The notes under the pieces are model-generated. The model was not told the DNA's origin and ran no database searches. It worked only from the letters and a program-made list of their open reading frames with translations. Of a stretch of 64,000 bases of DNA, positions 14,600 to 28,669 are shown in pieces. The position numbers and the translations under genes were made by a program. Source of the stretch: Octopus vulgaris (taxonomy: Eukaryota). Position 1 is the first letter of the stretch, and the number at the start of each line of letters is the position of its first letter. The stretch is from NCBI GenBank assembly GCA_951406725.2, contig OX597838.1, positions 2,666,001-2,730,000 on the forward strand. Reading direction: 5' to 3'.

Positions 14600-15315
14600 T
14601 GACTGAATTGAAACAAGTAAAAGAAGGTCTTTTCAATTGCATGAACTAAAAGTCGGAGGGGGGCAGGATAAACCACCTGCATCAACTTGCTATGAAAGTA
14701 GATAGTAATTTTACACTCCTCTTATTCTTAGTGCAAAGTTTTGAAGAGTACAGTTCAATTTTAACAGTTATTTTTTCAAAGCTATAATGGAAGTGACAAA
14801 CGGACATATTTGGTATATTTTGCTTTATGAGTTCAATAAAAGCAACAACATAACGGAAATTGCGAGGGATATTAATGCAGTCTATGGGAATTGGACAATA
14901 AGCGTAAGCCAGTGTCAACGGTGGTTCCAGAAATTCCGAAACGGAAACTACAGCCTAGAAGACGAGCCTCGTCCTGTAAGATCAATAGAGCTCGACGAGG
15001 ACGTCCTGAAAAACCTGGTGGGATTAAATCCCATCGTAACTGTTGAGGAATTAGTAGAGAAGCTTGGATTTGGTCATTTATCTATTCATCGACACCTGTT
15101 GTCATGTCTCACGAATGAACCGTTTTGGGACCGAATAGTGACTGGTAACGAAAAATGGGTTCTCCATAACAATGTCAAGCACCGAAGATAGATGGAAGAG
15201 CATTGTAGAAAATGAAGGAGGGTATATTTTAGATTTCAAAAAAGGACTTTGTTTATCTTAATTTTGAAAAATAGAAGTATTAAAAATACCGCATTATGTA
15301 TGGGATGATCCAATA
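14600..15315 (+). mobile_element. Internally deleted mariner transposon (ORF 14787-15191, non-functional)
   Basis: HTH region HIWYILLYEFNK...QRWFQKFRNGNYSLEDEPR, first catalytic region DRIVTGNEKWVLHNN, C-terminal RWKSIVENEGGY; 3' TIR-like cgcattatgtatgggatgatccaata; the WVPHEL linker and most of the DD34D domain are missing. Confidence 0.9.
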
Positions 15316-15408
15316 TGTGTGTGTGTGTGTGCGTGGATGATTGTGTGTGCGTGGATGTTTGTGTCTGTGTCTGTGTTTGTGTGCGTGTGTGTGTGCACAT
15401 GTGTGTGT

Positions 15409-15448
<40 letters not shown>

Positions 15449-16140
15449 ATATACATATATAAACAGTCCGATTGATGAATACACATGCACATTTGCACCC
15501 GCTCATACAAATACATCAGTGTGTGTGTGTGTGCGTGCGTGTGTGTGCATGAGTGTGTGTGTGTGTGTGCGCGCGCATGCGTGTGCGTGTGTGTATAAAA
15601 CGTCCAGCTACATAGGTGGGAAATAGCAATCACTGGTCTTTCTAGAAACGTTGTGCAGCGTTAACCGATATGTAAAACATGCCGAAGCTATCAAATGGTG
15701 GCTTATTTTTAGCCATCAGTGTGCACCAAAGAAAATACGTGAGGCAGCGGAGAGCATGCGTAAGCATTAATTAACATCAGAAACAGATTATATTTCTGGC
15801 CTTTCACGAACCAACTTTAAAGATCTGTGCCTTAGGCACAACTGAATCAGATCTGTGAAGCAAAAGATAGCGGTTTTGGAACTTGTTAGGTCTCATCAGC
15901 TTCGTTGAAGCCACGAGCACAGCACGTGATTTCTCGGTCAGACTGTTTATATGGAAGTCAATATCTAATGTTTCGTTACAGACTTATTCATAATTTTAGA
16001 TAAAGAATTACGTCTTTTATGATATCTAGAATTTATCGATCTTAACATATTCACATCTAACGATGTACATTAATATGTATATATTATAGATTGTGTGCGT
16101 ATATACACATACATATATATATATATGTGTGTGTAGTATG

Positions 16141-16172
<32 letters not shown>

Positions 16173-16376
16173 CGCAAATATACATATACATATATGTGTA
16201 TGTAGGCATGTGTGTATGCATGTATGTGCGTGTGTGTGTGTGTGCGTGTGTGTGTAATACAAACATGCATATACAGGCTCATCAAACTTCATTCACTTTG
16301 GTGTATATATGCATGTGCAGACACATTAGCATAAATAAACACTCATCTATGTATATATAACTTTAGTATACGTGTG

Positions 16377-16408
<32 letters not shown>

Positions 16409-16599
16409 AACATCTAAAACACACATATATATGCAAATATATATATATGTATAAATGAGTGCATGTATATGGGTGGATGCATGCATATGTCCACTGGGTA
16501 CTCTAACGAGTCGAACACCTCGAGACACTTCGAAGTTACTGCCAATAACTTCAAAAATACATATATGTATGCATACACATTTGTATATACACAGACACA

Positions 16600-16665
<66 letters not shown>

Positions 16666-16794
16666 CATATATGACATACATATACATATATGCATGTATG
16701 TGTGTGTGTTTGGAGAGAGAGACAGAGTGAGAGGAGAGGAATACATCAGATAAATCCGTACACAGACTGTACACAGAGCGCTATCGTATCTGTG

Positions 16795-16930
16795 TGTGTG
16801 TCAGGGGCAGCGTGTGCAGACGTCGTCTGCAGCCAGGCCAGCCATCTTGTCAGACAAGAAAATTCTTGTTACCTAATCTGAAACTGTCAATCATTTCTCT
16901 AATCTGATTTGTCAAGCTTTTCAATTTCAG
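16795..16930. promoter_or_regulatory. Candidate enhancer island with TALE/homeodomain motifs
   Basis: CTGTCAATCA (= TGATTGACAG Pbx-Meis decamer) at 16884-16893, three additional TGTCA and two TAATCT within 130 bp of unique sequence. Confidence 0.3.
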
Positions 16931-17092
16931 TATATACACCCATCAATTCATGTCTCTTTTACTATACACACGTATATACATAAACACACGTAAATTATTA
17001 ATTTGATGAATATTCTTATTCTTCTTGTACTTTGTTTTATTATCATTTTCATAAGGCAAAAATTAATATATGTATGTGCGTATGTATGGACA

Positions 17093-17131
<39 letters not shown>

Positions 17132-17186
17132 ACATATATTGCATGCATGTATATATATATTTATATAGAGATATATATGCACATAC

Positions 17187-17241
<55 letters not shown>

Positions 17242-17666
17242 TAGTATATAAATATAGAAATAGATACATACATATATATATACATATATAAATAGATACA
17301 TACACACACACACACACACACACAAACACATATATATATATAATAGATATATTGCGGCGAGAAGGACAAATTGTATTCATATATTCGATTAATAGTATTG
17401 AGGTTGTTACCCCGAGTAACTCATTCGTCGGACGGTAGTGAGTGGTTGTCGTCCCCAAGATCTTGTTTCAGGTTGGAATTCTGTACAACGACCTGGATGA
17501 CCTCTGAGACATGTGTGTGTTCTTATTTCCACGCGTGTTTGTATGCACATACAAACAAGCGCGCGCCTGTTCACACGCACACACACTACGTCCGCGCGCT
17601 TGTGCACATGCACAATCATTCATAGCCATACACGTGTGGAAGTATTCATGCTTACAGATATATACA

Positions 17667-17727
<61 letters not shown>

Positions 17728-17740
17728 ATATATATATACA

Positions 17741-17784
<44 letters not shown>

Positions 17785-17989
17785 CATACATACATGCACC
17801 CAATACATGCATATATATACACATATATATACACACACAGTGTGAGATAGGTAGACCGCTGCCGTTTCATATGTATTAATTCCGCGCATGCGCATTGTTT
17901 CTTTTTGATTTTGTCGACTACACAGTATAGTAGGGTCAGTTGGGTACAGTCAGTGTGAAAAACAGCACCCATGACGCAATTCACTCAGC

Positions 17990-18272
17990 CAGAAATTTGG
18001 AAACGACCTGCTCTACTCCTTGGCATTCGCGCCAGAATCTCCAATACGAACAGATGGTGAACACACAGAACAACCATTGGCTTACTGTGCCCCCAAAAAC
18101 ATGTACCGATAGCAACAATAATCAAACATCCAGTCTACATCATGGCTTTTGGAGTGATCACTAGTAATGGTGACGTTATGCCTCCATGCATCTTCCCACA
18201 CGACCTCAGATTCAATACGGGGCCTATATCAAAAGCCTGAAGGAGGTAGTGCTCCCATGGGTCAAGAGGGTG
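17990..18272 (+). mobile_element. Tc1/mariner-superfamily (maT/DD37D-like) transposase relic
   Basis: Frameshifted QMVNTQNNHWL / KHPVYIMAFGVITSNGDVMPPCIFPHDLRFN / YIKSLKEVVLPWVKRV fits the N.QN.RW...K.P..VMV.GV....G..MPP..F pattern. Confidence 0.7.
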
Positions 18273-18834
18273 AATCCTTGAAGACCCTACGCCTTATTTC
18301 CACAACTGCACACAGCTTTTATTCCCTATCTCAAATCACTATGTCAGGTCTATTAGGTTCATTTTTTATTGAGGTATTCAGTGGCACATTCCACCCGCAC
18401 TCCTTTTTTATTATGAGTGGCTAAGGCGCTGCAAACACATTGTAGACCACTGTTTTATTGAATGCAGACAGTTCCGAGGTTCATATGTACATACACAAGT
18501 ATGTATGTATGCATGTTTGTATGTACAGTTTAAGGATTGTGAATTGTCCTCGTTGAATGCTTGTGAGAGTTGGCAGGACAGATGGGAAAGCAATGCTTGT
18601 CATCGCCACCAATGGGAAGAAACAAGGATAGGAAGGAATCGGTATTTTTGAAGAAACCTGCATTTTTCATAATGACCTTAAGTGAGATGCTCGAAAACGC
18701 ACCACCACTGAATGATTGAACGGCGAGGAAGCTTGGTCTGCGATATTTGCGGACGTATATGTCAGTCAAAAGCTTCACTCATTAGTCACTAGCAGAATCA
18801 CTTAATGGTCTTCGGTCACGAGTGGACAGCTATA

Positions 18835-19155
18835 CTGTATGCATGCGTGTATACGTACGTGCGTACGTACGTACGTATGTATGCATGTATGTATGTATGT
18901 ATGTATGTATGTATGTATGTATGTATGTATGTATGTATGTGTGTGTGTATGCATGTATGTATGTATGTATGTATGTATGTGTGTATGTATGTGTGTATGT
19001 ATGTGTGTATGTATGTATGTATGCATGTATGTATGTATGTATGTATGTATGTATATATGTATGTATGTATGCATGTATGTATGTATGTATGTATGCATGC
19101 ATGTATACGTACGTGCGTACGTACGTATGTATGTATGTATGTATGTATGTATGCA
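18835..19155. repeat. (TATG)n microsatellite
   Basis: Direct. Confidence 0.95.
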
Positions 19156-19297
19156 TTTACAACGGGCTGCTTCACGTTTCCATCTACCAATTCCACTCAT
19201 AACCCTTTGGTTCCCTTGGGGGTGTGGTAGAAGGCACTTTCCCAAGATGTCACGCTGGCAAGTAACCTTCTTACTACAGGGTCATGCTTGCGCCCAT
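19155..19297 (-). mobile_element. SINE family B, partial
   Basis: acgggctgcttc..gtttccatctaccaattccactca...agaaggcactttcccaagatg is antisense to family B. Confidence 0.7.
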
Positions 19298-19731
19298 AAA
19301 AACATATTAATATTTCTTTGGATTAAGGCGGTGAGCCTGCAGACTCGTTCGCACGCCGGGCAAAAAACTCACACGTTTATTGTATCCTCTCGCTGCTTGT
19401 TCTGCCTCTACTACAACTGCTTCTGCTCCTCTGAACTACTTAGACACAAAGACATAATATACTCAGGCTGTTTCCTCAAGAATAATCACGAAGCCTGATT
19501 CAACACGCAAACACTTCAGTAGTGTGCGTGCGTACACACACTCATCCATCCATACTTACATACATACATATATATATATATGTGTGTATATATATGTGTG
19601 TGTATACATATGTGTAAGTGTATGTATGTATGTGCGTGTGTATGTGTACGTATGAATGCGTAAAGCAGGAAAGATAGATAGATAGAGAGATAGAGATAGA
19701 TAGAGAGAGAGTGAGAGATTGATAGATAGAC

Positions 19732-19836
<105 letters not shown>

Positions 19837-20366
19837 CAGACGTATAAGTATATATACACACAGTTGTACATTTGTTTATGAATATATGTGTTTATATAGT
19901 GAAATGAAATAAAACAATGTGACAGTAGCGAAATTAAAAAATATTCATAAAGTTGGAACGTGTGTGTATATATATATGTACGTGTGTGTACAAATACCTT
20001 TTTCGTATGTGTACCTCTATGTACTTCTGTCTGCATGTATATATGTATGTAAAGACAAGTGTATATATATATGTATATATATGATTGCATGTGCGTGTTT
20101 ATAATATATATTAATGTATATATGTATGTAGGTATGTATGTTTTTCTACTTAATGCGATGTGTATATATAAATAATACGTAGGACACTGACGGAAATTAG
20201 AAGAAGCATAAATGTAAAGCTATTATGCAAATGAGATTACAATCAGTTAAATATGGAGTAATTACAACAGACAAACTAATTAGAGGAGTGGGGGAGTGGG
20301 GCGGATTGGGAGGAGAATGTGTGCAGATATGCAAAGTAGATGGGGACATAACAAACATACATACAG

Positions 20367-20419
<53 letters not shown>

Positions 20420-20439
20420 TATATTAAAAATATTATATA

Positions 20440-20472
<33 letters not shown>

Positions 20473-20495
20473 ATATATATATATATATATATATA

Positions 20496-20596
20496 GGCGC
20501 GGCCGTGGCTGTGTGGTAAGAAGCTTGTTTTCCAACCAGCCACGGGTTCAGTCCCACAGTATGGGCACCTGCAGCAAGTGTCTTCTAATATAGCTT
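20496..20596 (+). mobile_element. SINE family B, 5' part
   Basis: ggcgcggccgtggctgtgtggtaagaagcttg...gggttcagtccca...gcaagtgtcttcta. Confidence 0.8.
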
Positions 20597-20689
20597 CTAA
20601 TATAGCTTGAAGTTAGGTGAACAAAATGTTAATAAGTAACAAGGATGTGTGAGTATATATAAATACACACACACACACACACACACACA

Positions 20690-20890
20690 CACGACCTCGT
20701 CTGTATCACTAGCGATTATTTTCCCCTGTCTTCCCTTCTCGGGATCTTCCCTTCTCCTATGTTTCCGACGAAGAGCTCCGCTCAAAACGTCAAACCCTCC
20801 TTCTTCCCTCCTTTCCTAAGCGTCCAATAATAGTATATTTGTTCCACATCCTTGCGTTGTTGTTTTTTGTTTTTGTTTTCTTGTTTGGAT

Positions 20891-20895
<5 letters not shown>
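20690..20895 (+). mobile_element. Short PLE-like element with a hammerhead-like motif (20761-20795), ending in (TA)n
   Basis: gttt CCGACGAA GAGC tcc GCTC AAAAC GTC aaac; its 3' part recurs in antisense at 30044-30101. Confidence 0.6.
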
Positions 20896-20949
<54 letters not shown>

Positions 20950-21709
20950 CAACAAAAGTAGTTATACTGGTTGGAATGGGAGATTGTGGGGGAACAGACT
21001 GACTGAGAGTAATAGAAATGAAACGAAACCAGTTTTCGCCCGACAGAAGGTCCAGCGAAAAAATTCCAGGACGAGGCGAGGAAAAGGAGGAGCAGAATGA
21101 TGAGGAGAAGGAGGAGTAGAGGAAGGGATGAGGGGAGGAGGAGGGGGCGGTGTGGTACATTTTAACCTCGTGCTACAGAGAAACAAAACCAATGACAAAG
21201 AACCTGAACAAACAACAGCCGCAACAGCAGCAACAACAACAGCAACAACAACAACAAAAACAACAGCAACAACGACAACAACAACGATGGCAACAATAAG
21301 AGCGGGTGGCACTTTCGCACAAGTTTTATTTAATCAAAATTAATCTCCGGAATATCCCGATTGATGTTGATATTAGTCGCCTGGAGCAGGCTTTTATTAC
21401 GATTCATTGTCTGTTTATTCGATATTCGATCAGTAGTTCCCAATACACACACACACATACACACATACACACATACACATATAGTCATATATATATATAT
21501 ATATATATATGCATGTATATATATATTTATACACGCACATACATATATGTATACATATATACATACATATACAGATATATGTGTATATATATATATGCAT
21601 GTATATATATATATATATACATATATAAATATATATATATATATGTGTGTGTGTGTGTATATACGTATGTATGTATATATATATATATATACATACATAC
21701 ATACATACA

Positions 21710-21819
<110 letters not shown>

Positions 21820-22674
21820 CGTATGTACGTATATACACAGACACACGCTTCGATAATTTTTCCGCGAGGGGAACAACAGTGACCCGTCCATCAAATCTCT
21901 GGAAAGTTCTGGACGTTTCCTCTGAAGGGGAGCAGACATAATTATCCAATTAGTCCAGAGATTTCTGGTCCTGATTTGGTAACAGATGACGTTACCCAAC
22001 ATCTAATGGTAGCAGGAAATAAATACGAAAACATCGAATTTGTCGATAAAGTTTATACGAAAAACAAGCGAAGGAATGCGGTAAATTATTAAAAATGCAC
22101 TGGGCCGACTTTAAGTCAACTGAACAAGAAACGAAGAAATATACTGGTTGACACACACACACAAACACACGTATTATTACACACAAGCAACACTCTTACA
22201 CACACACATACACACACACAGACGCACACACACACACGCTCAAAAACAAAGTGATGCAACGTTAGGTATTTGCAGATTATTAGAGATCTTCTTTCAAGCC
22301 AAATTAAACACTTCAGACATCAGAGACTCGACTTGTCTTGATGTTTTATTCTCTGGTGAAAAGATTATCTGAATATTCGCCTACAAATGAAGCACATAAA
22401 ATTAGGAAGCGAAAAAAAATGGTAATTTTTTCAGAAAACAACCGAACGACCTTCACAGAACTGGAGAATATATAATTAGAAAGTGTATATAGAGTTAATA
22501 GTGTACGAAGACAATCTACTTTATGATATGACATACATAACAAATGGCAGCAACGGTTATATAACTCGCCATAACATAATAATCATATATACGATGCACC
22601 AGAGCATCGCTGCAGAACATTAATGCAAAAGAACTGAAGACTGAAGTGATGCAACATATTAATACATCGATGCG

Positions 22675-22856
22675 GGCGGAGTGGATTAAATCAACCCCAG
22701 TGCGTAACTGGTACTTATTTTATCGACTGCGAATTGACGAAAGGCTAAGTCGTTCTCGCCGGGATTTGAACTCGGTATGTGAAGACGGACAAAATGCCGC
22801 TAAGCATTTTGACCCCCCCCCCTCTGCGTGCAAATGATTCTGCCAGCTCGCCGCCT
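22675..22856 (-). mobile_element. SINE family A
   Basis: aactggtacttattttatcgac...gggatttgaactc...tctgccagctcgccgcc. Confidence 0.85.
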
Positions 22857-22919
22857 GGCAACATAGTAAAACATTATGATACAACATAGAGATTAGCAAA
22901 ACACAGCACAATATATATC

Positions 22920-23134
22920 CTTTTCTACTCTAGGCACAAGCCCTGAAATTTTAGGGGAAGGGGCCAGTCGATTAGAGCGACCCCAGTACACAACGGGTAC
23001 TTAACTTATCGACCCCAAAAGGATAGAAAGACAAAGTCGACCTCGGCGGAATTTGAACTCAGAACGTAACGGCAGACGAAATACTAGTAAGCATTTCGCC
23101 CGGTGTGCTAACATTTCTGCCAGCTCGCCGCCTT
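22920..23134 (-). mobile_element. Full-length SINE family A with 17-bp TSD (1 mismatch)
   Basis: Head aaggcggcgagctggcagaa, B-box gagttcaaattcc; TSD acagcacaatatatatc (22903-22919) and acaacacaatatatatc (23135-23151). Confidence 0.9.
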
Positions 23135-23479
23135 ACAACACAATATATATCACAATAGAAGAACGGTGATAATCGATGACTGAACATAGTGGAGTCTCAC
23201 AACGCAAGACACCTCACAACTTAACATATCAATGTAGCGCAACACAACATGACTCTAACACAAAAGAAAAGGTGAACGAGTCGCGTTCTGATCTCTCGGT
23301 TTACTAGAAATATTAGGTAAATCTCTCAGAAATCTTGTTAAATAAAAGAAGGACGCACAAGATAATGAAATCTCCGAGATCCCTTAGGTCCCTGATATGC
23401 AAAATGACGGTCTGGTCACGGCTAGAGCGGCATTTGGGCCGAGCCTAAATTAAACAGTAACAACTTCACGATGAACTAC

Positions 23480-23700
23480 ACAGCAATGAAACACAAACAG
23501 AAGAGTCTTCGAGGGCAAGGAATAACCACTGCAACATCAACGGCGTTATACTGGACCTCTCGTCTCAGAAGTCCCATAAGTCAAAGGATGACAATACTGG
23601 AATCAGTAATAGAGGTGGAGTGGAAGGAACATGGTGCATCCAGGAAAAAATAGTTGCATAATAAAAGTTACTGGGAAAAAGTCAGCAAAATATCACGGGG
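23480..23700 (+). mobile_element. Possible RTE-like LINE 3' relic
   Basis: MTILESVIEVEWKEHGASRKK*LHNKSYW resembles the RTE C-terminal pattern TIL.G.IEG.R..GRPR..W.DNI..W. Confidence 0.35.
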
Positions 23701-24199
23701 AAACTTCAATAAATAATCGCCATTTTTAATTATCTTTTCGATTCCGCTGTTTTTTATTTAAAATTTTGTGCAAAACGTGATTATTTTGTCCACATCTGTG
23801 TAGCAGTATTATATAAATCGTGTTTCCATTGTGTACAAGTCATGCTTCGGCCGTAATATGTGACTCACAAAAAAAAAATTATTTGTTTAATTAGTTTAAC
23901 TAATATTTATGGTGTTTTAATGAAACGTGAATGTTCATCACCCCCACCCTGATACTGCCAGAAACTTTATTTTCCCCAAACCAAAAATAGTTCCTTTTTT
24001 AATTCTGTGTTATTGTCTTTCTGTTCCTCTCTGACTTTATATCCGTTCAGCAATATTTCTAGCGTTAAGAGAGGCGAATGAATGAAGCCATGAACGAACG
24101 TACGAGAGGAGAAATTAAATGAGAACTTTTGAAGCGATAAAATTTCTCTAAATTGATGATGGCGACTTCACAAAGCCAACAGGATGGCATAGATTAAAT

Positions 24200-24360
24200 A
24201 GGATGTTTATTAAACCAGCAGGTAAGATATATTAAATAAGGTTCTTATTAAAGCAGCTTGATAATATGTATTAAATAAGATATTTATTAAACCAGCAGGA
24301 TAACATATATGAACCAGGGTCGTTATTAAAGCGGCTAACCGCGTATTAGAAGTAACTACA
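24200..24360. repeat. Degenerate ~39-bp minisatellite (about 4 units)
   Basis: Recurrent ttattaaa(c/g)c(a/g)gc followed by tatattaaataag-like sequence. Confidence 0.7.
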
Positions 24361-24591
24361 CTGTAAATAAACAATATATTTATAACCGCTGTAAACCAAT
24401 TAATACAAATCACAGGCTGTATGTTATTGTTCTTATTGTTGTCGTTGTTTTCCATCGACTCAATCTATTATCAGAGCTATGCCAACGGTGACCATCTCAT
24501 TAGTTAGGTGCACCAACGGTTACATTAACTTTTTCTGAAAATGCTGTTGTGTGATCTGAGGGAGAATTGGGTGTAATCGCTTTCGCACAAC

Positions 24592-24658
<67 letters not shown>

Positions 24659-25593
24659 CAGCAGCAGCGGTAAACTAACGAACTCACTAACTAATGATGT
24701 CGAAGTGTCTTAGTCTCTCAGAAACCAACCAAAACAACAGAACCGACCTCGTAAAAGCGAAAGAGAAACTACAGCCAATAAATCCTGAGCTCAAAAATAA
24801 ATAAATCAATAAATAAAATGTTTAACTATCACACACACGCGCGCACAACACAATATTTAAGACGTCTCAGAGACTGGAATGGTTTGTTCTTAAGATAATA
24901 AATTAGCTCTCAGACAGTTAACCTCGTCTTTAAAGTTGAACATTTTTTTTTATTTAATATTTACATTTTAAACTATGATTCAACCGGTTTTATCTCCAGT
25001 CGTCATCAGGTGTGTTATCTCTCAGGATGTGATATTTTAAACTTTTTTTATTTACTTCCTAATTGGTTTTTGTTGAGTTTTTTTCTGGGATTTTTTTTCT
25101 TCTCTTTTCGCTTTTGATTTGCTGAAGTGTGAAAAAAGTCGACAATAGAGATGGCGTGTTGACATTGCGCTACAAGGAAATGCTTGTTTGTTGGTAGCCA
25201 ATCGATAGCGAAGGAGGTACTAAAAGGTACGAAGAGGCAGAGTAAAGATGTTTCACTTTGATACAAAAGAGACACCAGTTTCAAGGAGGTGGCAAAATCG
25301 ATTAAATCAACCTCTGACTCGGTTGCTGTTATATATTATCTGCCTAGGTAGACATAGGCAGCTGAAATGAACAACGCACACGGCCGGGTTTTTGAACTTA
25401 CTACGTAAATGCACACAGCTATCTATTCTGCCTTCCATCACCTTTAGATGAGTTGGGAGTTCATCTGTCGCCCAGTTTAACAACAATATTATCTCCAGGA
25501 TCGTAAGTATCCAGGCCACGGATTCTGGTCAGGGAAGAGCCAACAATAGCAGACTCTGAAAGACTGAAACGGACCCCTGTTCCTCTCACTACA

Positions 25594-25668
<75 letters not shown>

Positions 25669-25747
25669 AGTAAAGTATGGTGGTATATATCCTCTCAATA
25701 TAGATTAAATATTTATGTGCCAACTCATTACCTTATTTGATATAACA

Positions 25748-25923
25748 GGCGCAGGCGTGGCTGTGTGGTAAGAAACTTGCTTCTCAACCACATGGTTCCA
25801 GGTTCAGTACCACTGCGCGGCACCTTGGGCAAGTGTCTTCTACTATAGCCTCGGACAGACCAAAGCCTTGTGAGTGGATTTGGTAGACGGAAACTGAAAG
25901 AAGCTCCTATCTCTCTCTCTCTC

Positions 25924-25962
<39 letters not shown>

Positions 25963-26195
25963 TGTGTGTGTGTTTGTGCGCGCGTTTATGAGTGTATTTA
26001 TGTGTTTGTTTGTCTGTGTTTGTCTCCCCCACCATCGTTGACAGCCGATGTTGATGTGTTTTGTGCCCGTAACTTAGCGATTCGGCAAAAGAGCCCGATA
26101 GAACAAGAACTAGGTCTACACAGACAAAGTCCTGGAGAGTCGATTTGTTCGAGAAAAACTTTTAAGTCGGTGCTGCTGCAGCATGGCCGCAAACA
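25748..26195 (+). mobile_element. SINE family B (CORE-like), near full length with an internal microsatellite
   Basis: ggcgcaggcgtggctgtgtggtaag...ccttgggcaagtgtcttctactatagcc...ggaaactgaaagaagc, then (TA/TG)n, then tail ...gcagcatggccgca. Confidence 0.85.
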
Positions 26196-26449
26196 AATAA
26201 AATAATAAAAGAAAATAATGATGTAGTGGTGCTCACTCCCGTCCGTTTCGAAGGTTTTAAAGAAAGGATGTTTTTTTCATTTTTTTTTTACTGGATGAGA
26301 AACAAAAGAAGCTGAATCCGTTTGCGATGCTTGCATGGATATAATTTGAGTTTGGATATGAATTTTGCTATGAAGTATCCACAAGGACAAAGGAGATTTT
26401 GGTTTTGTTTGTGATTGGACAAATGTGTTTGTCGATTTCAGGATAGAAG

Positions 26450-26810
26450 TCATTTATTGTTCTGTTTCTTCAACTCAAATCGTTTAGAGGCATCATGGCA
26501 CATTATGTGCCATTCAGATCGATCAGGGGAATAACTTGCCGAAGATATTAAATTAAGCAGCGCAGATTTTAGTGATTGTTTTAAATTATCCTGATATCTC
26601 AGGATCTTTTTTTTTTTTCCTTTATCGCGAAATCCCTCAACTTGTTGACCAAGCAAAAAGACTTTATGCAATGCGATCAGCGAGCATTCTAACAACGCAC
26701 CCTTCCCATCTGCACCGAATCCTCAACAGCATGTTTTCGATACTGAAGATATTCTATCTTGCCAAACTTTGCCGTTTGATATCGTATTTTGTCATTTTAT
26801 ATTGCAGACA
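26450..26810 (-). mobile_element. RTE-clade LINE 3' ORF fragment
   Basis: [20 protein letters not shown]...[13 protein letters not shown]...RYQDNLKQSLK...DRSEWHIMCHDASKRFE fits the RTE pattern RW.GHV.RM...G.R..G...RYKD.LK...DR..W. Confidence 0.75.
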
Positions 26811-26891
26811 CTGCGCAGGCAGTACGAACACACATACACACACACGCGCACACGAATACACACACATACATACACACAAACATACATATGC

Positions 26892-26949
<58 letters not shown>

Positions 26950-26972
26950 TATATACATATATATATATACAC

Positions 26973-27074
<102 letters not shown>

Positions 27075-28097
27075 GTATGTATATATATGTATATATGCCT
27101 GTGTGTATATAATGTTCCATCTATATTGCACAAATATAATGCCATACATAACAAGCCAAGATTCCTCAAAGCAGCGGTCTAATTTGAGCTTTTCATTGAC
27201 AGACCGGTGGTTCACCCCGAATGCAAGAAATATATTTGATCACACCTTCTTAATATCGCACATCCTCTTGTGTTTATATATCCAACGTTAATACGAGAGC
27301 AAAGACCGCCATATATAATTATGCTTCTGGAAAGTAGACAATGACGCGAACACGAATCAAAGCACAGAAGCAAGTGTATAATTTTATAGATATAAAAGCG
27401 TGACAATATGGATATGTGGATATGTGGATATGTGTATGTGTGTGGGGGGGTTACACGTGCGTCTGAAAATGTAAACATCATGACGTTAAATGCAAAGTAA
27501 AGTGGCTCAGTCCATCGCACTGCAACACCAGTTTCGATTCCGGAGTCATGACCGAGTAGCGTGTGGGAAATAAACAGGCATTAACGTTAATGGCGGTGCC
27601 CCAGCATGGCCACGGCCTCAGAGTGAAGATGAAATCGATAGTGAAAAGCACACACAAACACATACACACACACACACACACATATCAATATATATACATA
27701 TACTTTTGTGAATGTATAACTATGTGTGTGTGTGTGTATGTGTGTGTGTGTGTGTTTCGATACGTCTGCGTTTGTGTGTGTGTATGTATGTTTATATATA
27801 TATATAAAAATGCTTGTGCAGGTAGATAAACATAAATACATAGAAGCGGTTGAGTGAGAGAGAGAGAGAGAGAAAGAGAGAGAGCGAGAGATAAGAAGAA
27901 AGAGATAAAGAAAGAAACAACGTAAAGAAAGAGAGATATCCCTCCCCCACACACACACACAAAAGTCCCAACTGTCAAACTAAATATATTTTCTATAGTT
28001 ATTTTACCATAACTAACCAAGATTTACATATATACACAATATTTGCATATATAAACGCAGATTTACATATACAGACGAATACGTAAGTACATACAGG

Positions 28098-28198
<101 letters not shown>

Positions 28199-28555
28199 CA
28201 TATATATATACATATATACATATATATATATATATATGTATATATATGTATATATATGTATGTATTTATATATGTATATATATGCATTTATGTATATATA
28301 TATATATATATATATATAAATATATATATATATGCTTGTATATATAAATAAATGAGTTTATAGACGCACATTGATTTGCATATATACAAATAGATTTGTA
28401 TATACACGTAGATTTACATACATGAATGGTTAGGTTGATTTATATGTATATATACAGACACACAACGATTTACATAAATACACATATTACCATATAGATA
28501 GATGTAATTTAACTATAGATACGTATAAATATAGATAGACAGATAGATAGATAGC

Positions 28556-28669
<114 letters not shown>

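Noticed and set aside
14787-15191. SETMAR-like host gene
   Set aside because: There is no SET domain; it is an internally deleted mariner with a TIR and no intact catalytic triad.
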